Positions 1 to 13,805 are shown, numbered from the whole stretch's first letter. The stretch: DNA of 62,753 nucleotides, filler included, from Hausera hauseri (GCA_046269625.1; 11 parts of 11 records of this genome joined end to end with filler, not necessarily neighbours in it), one strand, 5' to 3'. Numbers and translations are program-made. The notes: generated from the sequence alone by a model not told the origin.

Positions 1-1269
1 TTAACATAAAAAACCTTAAAACATCCCAATACATATACAGAGTCAGAATACCGAAGCCAAGCAAAACCGAATTACAGATATTGCTTCAAAACAACTAAAA
101 GTTGACTATAACATTTGATCGTGACACAAATTGACCCAACATTGACCATTGTGAACATCTGTAAATAATAAACATATGCTATATGTCTTCTTGTCTGTTA
201 TTGTCAAACCCCTCTGATGGATATCCACACTATTACTGTCATGCGTAAAATAATTGTTGCCCAAAGCGGCAAAAATGACCGAACAATTAAATAATTAAAT
301 AGAATTCTACTAACAGGTAATGTATAAAACAAATTCAAATGAAATTGCGAAATATACAATTCCCCATTAACTGAGTTACCAAAAATTGGAAATTTCCTAT
401 TAAGACAGGAGTTACACAAATTTAAAATACAGTATCGACCCGCATGAGTCACGAAAATTTCACAAATTTTTCCTACCAAGTCATGCGATAGTGACAATTT
501 CTGAAATTCCCTATTGAGTGACAAATCTAATTTCAAAAATTCTTACCAATGATTTTGGAATATTCAAAATCAATCCAGTAAGTAGTTAAACTGCCACAAT
601 CTTAGAACAACATTATTACTACAGACCACTTCAATACTTTAACACAACGTTAACGAGACCATCGACAGGACCAATTACAATAATTCCAGTTAGACCTTTA
701 AATTTTTATAACAATTTTATTGCTAATTTAATAGAATGATTAATGAAATTGAACCCGTGGATTACTGTAAGGAAATTTATTCAACAATTCTAATCCTTTT
801 AATAAATTTTTCCCAGTTCTCCAAACGATCACCGAGAAAGCAGTAAACATAATTATATCACCAGAGAATCAAGGAAATAGAACCTATCAAAAAGGATCAA
901 CCAAATTCCATTTTCTACTATCAAGTGTTAACTGCAATACAAGCGAGGAGGTACTAATGGCCAATTACGAGAATAATGCTCCGAGAACGGATCAAGATCA
1001 CGCTGGTAATTTGCGTCTGATTATATTACAGTATTCATAACTCAATTTTTATTAATTAAACAATTTATTTCGAAATATTTTGTCATGAAGTTATAACACT
1101 GAACACAGTCAGCAACCAAATTCTGGTTTGTTATACTAAATTAAGTGTAGGAAAATTCAGCATACACTTTTCAAATTGGTCCATTCTGAATTAATTCTGA
1201 TAATGCAAGGATGTATTTTGATGTAATCATCTGAAACATGTCATTTTTATTAGTTTTAACGACAAATGA

Positions 1270-2120
1270 ATGATAGTAAAATTACTTTATATCGAAGAAT
1301 TTTCGATGAAAAACGGAATGATGCTTCTTATGGTCAACTAGCAAAAAATATGATAAATACCGGGCCAGTATTCAAAAAATTATCAAATCATTATCTACAG
1401 TCAAGAAAAAACCAGGCCACAAATCAGAGTTGATGAAATGCGATCGTTATCAAATTAAGGTTAAAATGAAGAATTACAAAAAATTTGCCATTCAAATAAC
1501 AACTAATTTTATTCGACAAAGATTGGGATTAAGTGTCCAAACACACGGTGTGTTGTACATTAAGAGGTCTAAATTTAAATACGAAAGACTATTTCAAAAG
1601 TATGCATTACAGAGAAAAGACATGCAAATAATACAGAAGGTTGCATATCCAACATAGAATATGGAATAAATTGGTCGAATGTTGTCGTTAGTGATGAAAA
1701 ATGGTTTAGACTTATTGGTAATGATTCATATCTGACATGGAATATCAAAGGAACGCATCATTAACGAATAATAAATTATCTAAAATTTGCGTGTATTATG
1801 GTTTGCGCAGAACTCTTTTTAAATGAAACTCTCCTACAGAATAATCAATGGATCAATACATTCTTCAAAATATGTTGAAATATTAAAGGCCTCTCTGACA
1901 CCCATGTTAAAATTAAATATATACCTAATGGATACATATTTCAGCAAGACAATTGTCCGGCTCATGTGTCTCAAGTGACATGAAAATTTTTTCTATAAAT
2001 CAGTATTGGCGTTCTCGAGTGGTCACCATACAGTCTGGATTTAAATATAACAGAAAATGTTTGGCCCTACTTATCAGAAAAACGGTATAATCAAGGTAGC
2101 ATAAAAATTAAGGAAGCTGT
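1270..2120 (+). mobile_element. Decayed Tc1/Tc3-like (DD34E) transposase
   Basis: Manual translation gives WSNVVVSDEKWF (~1672), FQQDNCPAHVSQVT (~1940) and LEWSPYSLDLNITENVW (~2013). Several stops and frameshifts. Confidence 0.85.
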
Positions 2121-3701
2121 AAACCTGGGCGCGCATTACACATGTATAGTAACACTAAGATAATACCAATCCACGCATAAACCAGCCATGAAATTAACCG
2201 GTTGTTGTTTATTGTTTGTGTAGCCTATTTGTATGAATATTATTTAGTTTAATTCGATTATTGATTATAATAACAATATTAAATATGTATTCTGTCTATA
2301 AGTATTTGTGCATATTCTAAGTATGTTTTACTCATAATAGTGTATAACCTTGTAAAACGAACGTCCTACACTGCCGGTTTCACATTGAAAGTCATTGGAT
2401 TTGCCAAGACAAATGGAAACAGAGCTGTAGAAAGAGTATTTGGATCAATTGAGAGTGCAATTGAGGCCTGGCGAAGTGAAGACGAAAAGTTTGAAACAAT
2501 ATCAAGAATAAAAAGAGCTTGCCGAGGAAAGAGTGCAAAGTGGCCAAAGTTAGACGAATATCTCAAGACGTGGATTGAAGACCAACGGAACAGGGGGCTT
2601 GTTGTTTCAAAGAAAATGGTTCGTTTTGAGGCAAGAAGAACGGCATAAGATAGGAACATTGTCGATTTTACTGGCACTCTTAACTGGGTATTCAAGTTCT
2701 TTATGAGACAAGGCCTCTCAATTCGCAGAAGAACAAAACTGGCCCAGAAAATGTCAAAAAAATATGAGACCAACATTTTAAATTTTCAGAACTATGTGAT
2801 TCTGCTCAGAAAGAAGTTCCAGTTTCCGTTGAACCAAATTGGAAATATTGATGAGACTCCGATGAATTTTGATTCACTCATCAACAGAACTGTCCATTAG
2901 AGAGAAGAAAAAGAAGTTTCAATCAAGACAACAGGAAACGAAAAGAATCATTTCACAGCAGTGTTGACTGTTTTGGCTGATTGAACAAAACTGTCACCAA
3001 TGTTGATCTTCAAGAGAAAGACTATGGCAAAGGAGAAGGTCCCACATGGAGTACTAATTTATTGCCACGAGAAGGGCTGGATGGAGGAAGAAGGAATGAA
3101 ACTGTATTTCGAGAAGATTTGAGGAAGGCGACAAGGAGGACTGTTGAAAAAGGAATCACTTTTGGTCTTTGATCCGTTCAGATCCCACCTTACTGAAAGA
3201 ACAAAACGAACTGCTGCAGACATGAAGACACATCTAGCTATCATTTCAGGAGACCTGACATCACAGCTGCGACTTCTTGATATGTCCATCAACAAGCCAT
3301 TTAAGCAAGCAATTTGAAATGAGTGGAACAGTTGGATGATGAACAAAGGAAGTCAAGGTATTACACTAACATGGAAATTCACACGAGCAAGCATAGCACA
3401 GGTCTGTGAATGGGTTCTTCATGCCTGGGAAAGCATCAGAAAAGACATCGTCATCAAGTCATTTAAGAAGACTGGAATATTAAATTTTCTGGATGGAACT
3501 GAACATGACAAGATCTATGAAGAAAGTAAAAATGAATCAGATGTTAGTGATGTTGTCAATCATGTAAATTTTGATAACATTAACTCCGAAGATGACTATC
3601 ATGGTTATTACAATGAATAAAGTGTGGCGATGTCAAAAAGGTTTTTTCAAAATCTTGACCTAAAAAGTAGGGTGCGCACTATACACGCAAAAAATACAGT
3701 A
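2117..3701 (+). mobile_element. Decayed pogo-family (POGK-like) DNA transposon
   Basis: N-terminal KRTSYTAGFTLKVIGFAKTNGNRA (Brinker-like HTH), CENP-B-type HTH, DDE_1 motifs IGNIDETP / LVFDPFRSH / DMSINKPFK and an acidic tail. Right TIR ...GGTGCGCACTATACACGCAAAAAATACAG+TA at ~3670-3701. Confidence 0.88.
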
Positions 3702-4389
3702 ATTTTTGGAATGTTGGACTGTAATTAAAATGCTGTGGTGTGCTTTTAAATAACTAGTTTTTATGATTTAAGACAGATATTGTTACTTCTCTGTTGGCTA
3801 TCGAAAGTAAAAAAAACGACAAATATTATTTAGAAAGATAATGGAGTAATCAAATAAAACGATTTAACAATTTTAGTCATTTTTAAATGCATATGAATTT
3901 TGTTACAATCATATGTAAATAAGAAACACCAGAACTGGGTTTGAACCTATAAACTACGTTTTCCTCGAATTGTGGAAGACTCTTACTGTGACTATTACTT
4001 TCAGCTGCCATTCTTTGACGTACTTCGTATCTTTGGTACTACGGATATCGTAAAGTTGCATAATAATATTAATATATCAGTAGTGTAGCAAAGGGCGTTA
4101 ACTCCCCACCCCCATGAAATTAGACTTCAAAACTTTTCATAAGTTCTGTCTCAATTTATTTTATTTCGGAATATTTAACATTTTTAAAATGTATGCGAGA
4201 AGTGCTGCATTACAAAAGCTCCTTGTAGGGGAACTAAATATGCCAGAAGCATATATTGTTTCATATTAGGTTGAGAAAAGTTTGTGCGCCGTGCTAAAAT
4301 AAAAAGAATCTTGGTTAAAAGTACCACTCTTTCGGCTTTGAATCAAAAAATTCTTTATAAGGTTCTTCACCATCATCGAATGACGCTGG

Positions 4390-4470
4390 AACTATTTCTG
4401 TGAAATTTGTGGTGCCACCATACCTTTACCTTCAACGTCGAAAATTGTTTTGGCAGTTGCCTTTGTATCC
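4390..4470 (+). pseudogene. Possible fragment resembling the N-terminal zinc ribbon of RNA pol I subunit RPA12
   Basis: YFCEICGATIPLPSTSKIV resembles FCxxCGxxLPLP. Short and flanked by stops. Confidence 0.25.
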
Positions 4471-4507
4471 AAATTCTCTCTCCAATAATGACGCAGCAAT
4501 ACGCAAA

Positions 4508-4607
4508 NNNNNNNNNNNNNNNNNNNNNNNNNNNNNNNNNNNNNNNNNNNNTTAATTAATTAANNNNNNNNNNNNNNNNNNNNNNNNNNNNNNNNNNNNN
4601 NNNNNNN
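4508..4607. other. Artificial contig-joining spacer (N44-TTAATTAATTAA-N44); same spacer at 8925-9024, 15049-15148, 20490-20589, 26386-26485, 32024-32123, 36749-36848, 44463-44562, 48566-48665, 55466-55565
   Basis: Ten identical 100-bp units containing a six-frame stop linker. Synteny across them is meaningless. Confidence 0.98.
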
Positions 4608-4865
4608 ATTAAAATCATGCCAATACTTAATGAATAAAGAACATAAAGCCAAGTCATTAAAGTACGTCAAATTAAAATTTAGTCAGCTTTAGGAACTTAA
4701 AATGTCTCGAATCCAATGCTGTTTTATTGAATTTTTGAATGAATTATATTTATTGTTTGACTTAAGAATATATGATTTATTCATCCACATGGAACAGCAC
4801 CTTACTACTAGGAGTTTTACCAGATCTACATGTTCTACAAGTACAAAATTTCACACTAATTAATA

Positions 4866-6640
4866 CAGTGGAACCTTACTTAACTATCACCACAATAGAG
4901 CGACTACCTCAGAATTGCGACCACCATTTTTGGCACCGTTCTCATTCATTGTGGCATTATGCATATTGCATATTCCTTGGAGCGACCACCTCACTAATTC
5001 GGCATAGCGATCACCTAAGCCAACCCCATTTGCATTGTTCACCTCAATAATACGACCATGCGGGCGCATAGTCTCACTGATAATTTGGCCATCAATACAT
5101 AATATGAGGGCTGTAGCGATGCTGCATGCGATAGCATAGCCACAATACAATCTGCTGGTCTCATCACACCGACAGCTCGGCCACTTGCATAACGTGCGTG
5201 TGTGCTGTACAATATTTGGGCGCTGTATCAATGCAACTTTTGTCACAATCATGTCCAAACTCGAAACGAACAGAGCTTCCTTTGTCTCAGAAAATTAAAA
5301 TCATTTGAGACGGTGGCAACAAATTCAGCAAATACTTAAAAGAAAAGCAGAGATTGAAGCAGCGTTTGAAAGCGACTTGCTCAATTTGGACACCAAAAGA
5401 ATTAAAGATCGCGTGGAGAATCTAGAGCATGACACTCTCGTGTGGCAGTGGTTCCAACGTATGAGAGGAATGGTCATACCTATCTCCCTTTTCATGATAC
5501 AGCAGAAAGCTCTTGAGCTGGTGCAGGAAATGCAAATTGAAGACTTCAAAGCCTCAAGTGGCTGGTTACAACGGTAAGCATAGGCAATTGTCGAGATTGT
5601 GTCTGAATTACATTGTTCACATTATTTCGTCTTCCTGCCTTTCCTCGTAGACTCAAGAACCGCCACAGCATCAGTGGATATGCTGTGTGGAAAAAGTGCG
5701 GGTGTCAACAGTGAGTGTGAAAAACTGGAAGAGATTGGCGGAAATCATTAAAGGCTACCATCTCCGCAACATATTCAACATGGACGAAACCGGGCTATTT
5801 TACCGAGTACTACTAGACAAAACGTTTTCCGAGAATGGGAGTGCGTGCAGCAAGAGGTAGTATAGCAAGGAGAAGCCGTCTGTGATGTATCTCCATGACT
5901 GGAGAATTTGAGAAGTCACTCGTCATTGGAAAGAGTGAGCATCCCCAATGCTTTAAAAACATCGCAACAAAAGATTTCCCTGTGAAGTGGGTAGCCAACA
6001 GTCGCGCGTGGATGACTTGAAGTATCTTCATGAATGGATCAGATGCTTCGACCGAAAAATAGTACTTTCAGGGCGTAAGGTTTTCCTCATCTTGGATAAT
6101 GCGACAGTCCACCCGCGCATTAATGACTTGACGAATGTGAAGCCTGTGTTTCTGCCGCCAATTGCCACAAACGTCCTACAGACTTTGGACCAGGGCATAA
6201 TACAGGCCATGAAGATTCTCCATCGACGATAGCTGTTGCAGTCCATCATTCGACGTGCAAAAATATGTACACACGTCTGGATGCCATCTACTATATCTCT
6301 TGTGCAATGAAGGAATTCAAGTCAACGACCGTTCAGCGCTGCTTCGAAAAGTATGGGAAAACTACAATGGACTATAACAGCTTGGAAACCTTCATCGGTC
6401 AGTTGCAACTGACTGCTCCTATGTCAGCTGCCGAATACCTGCTGGTGGATCTGGATATTCCATGCATTGAGGAGCCAATGGCGTCAACGGAAATTATGAA
6501 TGAGTCCGCAACATTTCCCTCCAAGGACGACTCCTCTGACAAGGAGATCGTGATTCTTCCTGCTTGTGACCCTCCAACTTTTTCTGACGTGATTTCCTCT
6601 GTAATGCTGATTCGGGAGTACGTCCTACATCATATTTTCC
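4866..6640 (+). mobile_element. Decayed Tigger-like (TIGD4/6-type) transposon, left end plus transposase, 3' end lost
   Basis: TA+CAGTGGAACC terminus and subterminal GCGACCACCT-like repeats (~4898-5015). Motifs FKASSGWLQR-LKNRH, NIFNMDETGLF, LILDNATVH, VFLPP..TNVLQTLDQGII. Confidence 0.88.
5574..5650 (+). other. 77-nt GT-AG spliceosomal intron in the Tigger transposase
   Basis: GTAAGC...polypyrimidine...TAG. Removing it restores SSGWLQ(R)LKNRHSI. Confidence 0.8.
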
Positions 6641-6779
6641 GTGCAGCATTCTCAGTTGCATATTGCCCAAACCAAAATCTCAGACTTTTCTCTAGCTATA
6701 CTCGCAACATGAATTCCTCCAAATGAACACTGGCATCTTGCACTCTGTAACTCACCTTGATGTCTCATGTTCAATTTGT

Positions 6780-8240
6780 GTGTAGAAGATTTTTTGAATG
6801 TATTTGCGCTGTTTTATGTGTTTGTACTCTAAAAATGTTGTTCCTCCAGGCAATAATACAAGTTATGATGGAAAAACATCGACTTCAGATAGAAAAGCGA
6901 CCATTGTGCTAATTCCAACAATCCAGATGCTAGATCGTGATGCTTCAAAATACAATGTGAATCCTACCAGTATTCGCAGGATCCGCAAAGTTTCGTTGCA
7001 ATACAGCTGAGGCTTTGAAAACAAAATTCAAGGCTTCAGTTCTTCTAACCATTCACTGGATGGCAAAATGCTGGAGGACATCGTGGGAAGAGAAACTGTA
7101 GACCGTCTTCCTTTTTTGATATCTGATAAAGGCATAGATCAGCTGCTCGCAATTCCAAAACTCTTATGTGGTAAAGGAAAAGCAACAGCGTTTGCAGTGT
7201 ATGACACAGCGGTAGATTAGAATATTTGCGACAATGTGAAATGCATGTTTTCATACACCAGTAGTCAATACTACAATAAGAAATGCGGCTTGTGTTCTGC
7301 TAGAAAAGAAAATGGATAAAAATATGCTTTGGTTAGCCGGTCGCCATCATGCTCATGAGTTAGTACTCGAAGCTGTTGTACAGCATTCACTTGGTTCTTC
7401 AACAGACTCAGATATTTTACTTTTCAAGACATTTGAGAAATCTTGGGCTGCCATACATAAGTCAAAGTTTCAAACAGCAATATCTGATGCCAACACTGCC
7501 CAAGCTGTTGTTGACACAGCTGATGATGTAATTGTTTTGGCTATAGACCAACTTCAGAAGTTTCAACCACGAGATGACTATCAGGAACTGCTGGAACTGG
7601 CAATTGTTTTCCTTGAAGGGGTTCTTGCGAAAGGATTATCATTCAAATCTCCAGCTGGTGTTCATAGGACAAGATGGATGACCAAGACAATATATTCCTT
7701 GAGGGTGTGGATGTTCAAGAGTCAGTTTATACTAACAAACAGAGAAGAAACTGGAAGTAAAATTGTGTATGAAGTTCTGACTTGAATTTGCTTCAACACT
7801 TTCTACGCCCCGAAACGAGCTTCTATTCCTTCAAAAATTTGACAAATATGCACAAGAAAACAGAAGTTTCTACAGTTGCTCTCAACAAGTCCTTGCAGCA
7901 CCTATGGTATCTGTCGGAAGAATTGGTATCTTTTGCCTTTTTTGATGATGAGGTCCCACTGGAAACAAAACAAAGCATATCAGAACTCCAGGAACGAGTG
8001 GAGGGGAGCATATAACGAAGCGGCTTTCGCTGAATCCCAAGCTGATAAGAACACAAGAGCTCTCCGATTTTGTCACATCCGACACTCGAAGATTTTTCGC
8101 CATCACAAGACTTCCGTCAAGCTTTCTTCTCAAAGATGTAAGCCAATAGGATGATGACGATAACTACAAGTCAGCTAAGGCAAGCATTCAGTGTCTGAGT
8201 TGTGAATAATATAGTTGAACGCGTAGTGGCCTTGATGGAA
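6780..8240 (+). mobile_element. Decayed hAT-superfamily (hATm-like) transposase
   Basis: Motifs WLAGRHHAHELVL, QPRDDYQELLEL, HRTRWMTKTIYSL, HLWYLSEELV..FFDD and VNNIVERVVAL, spread across frames. Confidence 0.7.
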
Positions 8241-9024
8241 AAACAGTTTCGAAAGGAACACCCTGACGCAAATAAACTTTCTTTTGCTGTGACAGTTATA
8301 TAATGTACATTACAATGATTTGTTAAAATTTTGAAAGATTAATTAAAGCTGTTCAAACTAATAATTCTGTTTATAGAATATATAGTGTTAATATATTATA
8401 GTGTTCTTTGTATATGGTATATTCAAATATTTCGTCGTTGGTAACGACCCCTAAATATTGTTTAAATTTAATAAAATTTTAGAATAATATTTTTATCAAG
8501 GAAACCAAATAGCAGGGTCTCTGAATAAATTTGAACAAACTAAAAAATTGCTGTTAAGACGCATTAATATAATAAACCAAAAAAAAAGAACTTTACCCTT
8601 TTTAAACGAAGAATCCAAAGCTTTTATCGGAAGAGTCTTTTTAGTATTCGGAACACGACGTCCTCGTTTCTCTCTTTTATCCAATGGTAAATCAGTCATA
8701 ACAACATTGTAAAGACTTTTTCCAAGTACCCTGAGAACGATATCCAGCGTTTTTCTCCATTCATCAAAAAGAGGTTGCCATTCAGTTAATGAAGCATAGA
8801 CGGTTCAATAAATCACTTGATATGTAATACACCAGATTCGATTTGATCAACAACACATTCAACGCTTGAAAGAAGTATTCAATGGGTGCATTATTTCCGA
8901 TCCAGTGGATCTCTGAACGATTTGNNNNNNNNNNNNNNNNNNNNNNNNNNNNNNNNNNNNNNNNNNNNTTAATTAATTAANNNNNNNNNNNNNNNNNNNN
9001 NNNNNNNNNNNNNNNNNNNNNNNN

Positions 9025-11305
9025 TTTCCGCACGCAAGTTGTATCGTTTTTAATGTCGGTCCTAATTCATCTGTAGGAAATAACCCTTTTCTTTCATAAT
9101 CTGTTAATTCGGTCGTCACACCCGTTAACCATATTTGTACAAGTTCTCGTTTATTTGTTAATTCTGATTGCGTGATATTATATTTATTCTTATAAGTCTC
9201 CAATTCCTTGCCGAATTCATCTAGCTTCGTAGCTCTTTGCTTTTCACGAATCCGTAATTCTTCTATATCTTTAACTTAATTTGTCAATTGTCGCATCTTG
9301 TCGTCATCTATTTCTGCCATTGTTGATAGTAGTGAAATTAATTCGTACATTTCTTTTAGACTTTTCGAATCTGGATCTATTGCATCAATCAGTCTCTTTA
9401 CAAATCTAGCTTCGTCCGGTGTGAGGCGATGATCCTTGATTATTTCTATTAATTCAGCATGACAGTTCTGGTCAATGTCTGATGCCCATTCGAAAGGACG
9501 ATGTAGATATTTTAGTACTTCTAACGCAATACGATGATTTGGTCAAATATCCAACGTCGATAGATCACATATGGATATTTCCTCTACAGGCCTTGTTATC
9601 AAGTGTCGTACACCTTCCAGGCGGACACCTTTAGTTTCATCGATAAGGAGGAGATCTTTTCCTGTTTCGCTGATAATTCTATTTCTTTGATCATTGTTTA
9701 CAATTATTCTGTGAGTTTCATTTCCTGATCCTTACTCATAAATCTTAGTCTCAATAACGAATTAAAATCAACTCTGAGGTTTGCCTCTATTTTGTAAACA
9801 TCTAGGTTACGAAGTATTTACTTTAGCTGTTGTTTTAATATCTGTTCACGTTCCGAAAACTTTTTAGACGATACTTCGTTAGACCCACCAATCTGTCTAA
9901 TAGTTCAATCCATTCCTTGACTTGGTTATCTATCATTGGTTTCGCATTTATTACATTTTCTAATCGTTCGTAGGCGTCGTTTAATATATCATCTGGACCC
10001 TTAATATAGTCCATTACTCCTTTAACATAGTTAACTTTCTTCTTGTATTCGTTCAATTCCAAAATGCATGTTTTCGTTATGTTTTGTACTTCTTGATTTT
10101 CCGCATACGTTATTTTATTCTTATATCTGTAGATTTCAGAGCGCCTTTTATCTTGCGAGGCTGTGCATATTCCTATATCCGCATATTCTTTTGGTGCGTT
10201 GAATGCGATCTTGCACATTTCTATTATGAGAGGAATATCTACAGGTTCTATGCCTAGCATTGAAAATTTGTTTTCATCCAATTCGTATATTGGTTTATTT
10301 TTGAGGTGATAAATTACTGCACTCTCTATTTCTGCCATCAAATTCGCTAAGTTCCATTTTGTTCGCTTCTGTTTTGGATCTCTCTCTAGCGTCCTTAGTA
10401 ATCCTTGGGCGGTCGCTACTTTACTCTTGATTTTTATTTCTTGATTATTCCATGTGTGGCTGAATTCGATTCCTCTTTTTATCAATGAATCTAGTTTCGT
10501 CTTCCATTCTTCAGTTGACTTCTCCACAATTTCATCCATTTGCTTTTGATCTTTCTCCTTGTTAACGTCTTCTTCAAGGTATTTTTTAAATTCTTTATAC
10601 ATTCTTTCGGCGAATTGCTGTTCTTTTCCTGACACATCTACTTGAGCTTTTATACGCCTTAATTTTTCCAGATTGTGACGTATAATATCCGCATCTGTCG
10701 GTGCCATCCTAATTTCTTTCAATTTCTCTGCATTTTTCCAGGATTTTCGGATCACCCACATCTTTCCGTCTAGCCTTTTAATTCATTCCGTGCCATCAGT
10801 CTCGCTTTCGCTATCGGTTAATGGACATATCTCATTTATCTCAATGTTCACGTCTCCTACTGTTACGCTAGTGCTTGGAATATCCGTAACTTCAGGAAGA
10901 TCCACACCTGGAGTGTCTAAGTTCGCAGTGTCCTCTATATCCGCATCTCGGACTTGAGTTATCTCTGCATTATCTCTTTTTAATGGCGATCTTGATTGAC
11001 CCTTCGACTTCCTTTTAAGTGATGGACTACGACCTCTATTTTTCGTTATTTTAAGAACTAATGGGGCTATATATTCACTTTTGATTTCGTCAGCCACATC
11101 TTGACGTCCTTCTGTCAGATTTTCAGATCCAGCGTTCAGGTCTACACTGGGCGATACTGCTACTATTTCAGTTTCGTTCACTTTTTTTGCCTCCACGGGC
11201 TTTTTAGGTACATTCTTCTTGCGAACCATATTACTATTGTCTGACGCAATTAATTGCTCATATTTCGTTCGAGGTTCAATTAATTCGTGATATACTTCTA
11301 CTATT
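9025..11305 (-). pseudogene. Long uncharacterised coding region following the Gag zinc knuckle (no protease or RT motifs)
   Basis: In frame with Gag past a single TGA (~11306) into ORF 10783-11229, then ORF 9835-10761 and further coding-like sequence to the contig end. Confidence 0.6.
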
Positions 11306-12800
11306 CAAACGTTATCTTCATATTCCTTTCGAGCCTTCAGGATTTGCGGATTATCTGTTTCTCGTTGGCTTTTCAGGTATCGTCGTGAATCTTGAATATC
11401 CAATATTGCGTTTATGTCACCTCTGGGACCATACTTCGCCTCTAAATCTTCTTGTGTCTTAATCATGCTTGCTTTAGTTGGTTCGGTAAATGAAACGTTT
11501 CGCGGATTTGGGCACGATCTAGCTATGTGACCTTCCTTGCCACATGTGTAACATATTAAGTTTCCGTTTCTACCAATCCGTTGTCAACCGTCCTCATTTA
11601 TGGGGGATTTTGGGCGACTATCGCTCCTAGAATATCCCTGGTTTCCAAATTCTATCCTACTACTTCCGTCATTTCTGTTTTCATTGTTTCTAAAATCATT
11701 GTATCTGTTTTCGTCCTTATGCTTAAAACTTTTTTATTGCTCTTATAACCATCTTGGTTCGAGTTGTAGTTTGGCTTTGCCGCGTTCATACTATTTAAAT
11801 TCCGATTATTGTCAAAGCTTTTATTTCCATAACGTGGATTCCTATCCATCCTATTATCGAAATTTCGATTTCGACTATGTTTGTGGTATCGTCCACTATT
11901 TCTATTTCTATCGCTGCGCTCATTGCGCTCATTTCGTTCGACGTTCCTGTCGTGTCTTTCATTTTGCCTAGCATGTCTGTCTAACGCCATTTCTAGGTCT
12001 TGTGCCAATTGTAATGTTTTCTCAAAGTTTTCTGGTTTCGGTAAAATGAGTTGCTTCACTAGGTCTCTTGACCAAATACCATAAATAAATTGTGGTGTCA
12101 TCATTACATCCAAATCTGACGGAACTGCCTTTTCCACGGCTCTACGTTCGGCGTCGTCTTTTGCCATAGCCATATTTAAAAATCTTAGTGTACTAATATA
12201 ACTATTTGCTAACTTTTTTGAAGCAGACGCAAACTGGGTGACCGATTTGCCCTTCTGTTGCGTCCTATTTTGAAATGCCATTAACTTTTGTTGCGGAGTT
12301 ACCGTCGGTAGTAATTTCCTATTTAATGCTCCTACAAATGACGATCAATCTCTTTTTTCTTCGTCCATTAACTCGACGTAGGCATCTGCGGCCAAATTCT
12401 TTAAGTTAAGCTACAATCGTCCAATCATCTGCTGAGATTCTAACCCCATGCCTTCGGCGTGAAACTTATAAGTTCTTAAAAATTCATTCAGTCCTTCTGG
12501 ATCGCCGTCGTATGCAGTGAATTCAATGATTCATACGTGTAAATGTCTAATTTCTGTCGAGGCGTATCGGCTGTTATTTTATTCCTATTTGCGTCTATTC
12601 TATTTTCTATTTTACGTCGGTTGGTTACTTTATCCGGAACTTTAAAACTTGCTTCTTGATCTTGGTCTAATAACCCTGTTAAATTTTCTCGTGGCTCGAA
12701 TAATGTGCGCTTTTCGTATGAATTCGTTCGTACTTTACTACGGGTTCGTCTTATGTTTAAATTTTCCTTACCGTTTAGGTTTAAATATTCTGATCTACTA
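11306..12800 (-). pseudogene. Ty3/Gypsy-like gag with CCHC zinc knuckle
   Basis: YDGDPEGLNEFL, FQNRTQQKGKSVTQFA (MHR-like), QFIYGI, then ICYTCGKEGHIARSCP (~11510-11557). Some stops and frameshifts. Confidence 0.85.
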
Positions 12801-12970
12801 TGTCTGTCAATAATTGTGCTTTAAAACCCTCTTATTTAAATATAGGACCTTATATCCAGAAATTTTATATATCCTATTCGAATCAATTAATTGGTGCGAT
12901 GTGCTGATCGCTGGGTGTGTAATTAATTAACCCTGAGCTGAAGTAATAGTCTAGCGAGTCACAAACTGTT

Positions 12971-12984
12971 CTGCTAGGTCGCCA
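12971..12984 (-). promoter_or_regulatory. Primer-binding site TGGCGACCTAGCAG
   Basis: TGG-initiated, 2 nt after the LTR-terminal CA. TGGCGACC suggests a tRNA-Arg-type primer (unverified). Confidence 0.75.
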
Positions 12985-12986
12985 AA

Positions 12987-13805
12987 TGTTAGAATTTGGG
13001 TTGGGCCCTAATCGTCTTCAACTATCTAACAATAATTTATCGTAAATTTTATTATTAGCAGATACAGTTTACCGTTCTCGGTAAATCAGGATGTACCTAC
13101 TAGACTTGTATAGATATTAATTCGTGCGGGTACTGCGTGCTTTTCCTGTGCGTCAATTTAATTTCGATTCTCTCTTAGCTATATAAGTTAACTAGATTTT
13201 AGAAACTTAGGGTAGTCTAATCGATCTTAAGGATCGAAGGAAACTATATAAAGAAATTTGAGACTGTTAAACGCACAAAAATATAATACCGATAACAATC
13301 ACGTCAACTGAACCTTTTGATCGCTTTCTAATTTCAATGTTTCCTCTGGTTTCTAACTTCTCTAACGAATCTGTCGTTCAATCGTTTCGTATCTCTTTCG
13401 TACTGCGAACTGATTCAAATTTGTCTTACTTCTCTGAGGAATTCGTTGCTTCAATAGCTTTGATTCATTGCACTGGAGATCAACTCCAAATTGTGTTCTA
13501 ATTCTGTTCAAATTCTGTTCTCATCTCTACAGAAATCCGTCGCTATATATACTATACTGGTTTGACGATTACGTCATTTTCATTCAATTATTTTCTGATT
13601 AAATTTCATTACTTCGATTATCTAATCGATTACTGTGCATTTTTGCCAATTTCTACCACCAAATATTTACACAAAGCACTATTACATCATTTGTAAATTC
13701 TGGTTAACTATTGAATATTCCAATTTATCTGTACACATATCGAATAATTACATAATAGTATTTACATTTTACAACGATGCACTACAGTCTTTACATTTCA
13801 TAACA
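12987..13805 (-). repeat. LTR (~819 bp, TGTTA...TAACA)
   Basis: Inverted TGTTA/TAACA ends, PPT immediately upstream and PBS immediately downstream on the minus strand. Confidence 0.85.

Noticed and set aside
1-1000. A-rich coding-like sequence with a PPT-like AGCGAGGAGG at ~941-950
   Set aside because: No recognisable domain or LTR boundary, so it cannot be assigned to the large Gypsy clade.
4508-4607. Recurrent TTAATTAATTAA as a biological repeat or CRISPR-like array
   Set aside because: Always centred in exactly 44+44 N, so it is an artificial linker. ORFs ending in X runs are artefacts of it.
8496-8924. Possible host exon on the minus strand
   Set aside because: Coding-like but interrupted by stops, and I do not recognise the family.
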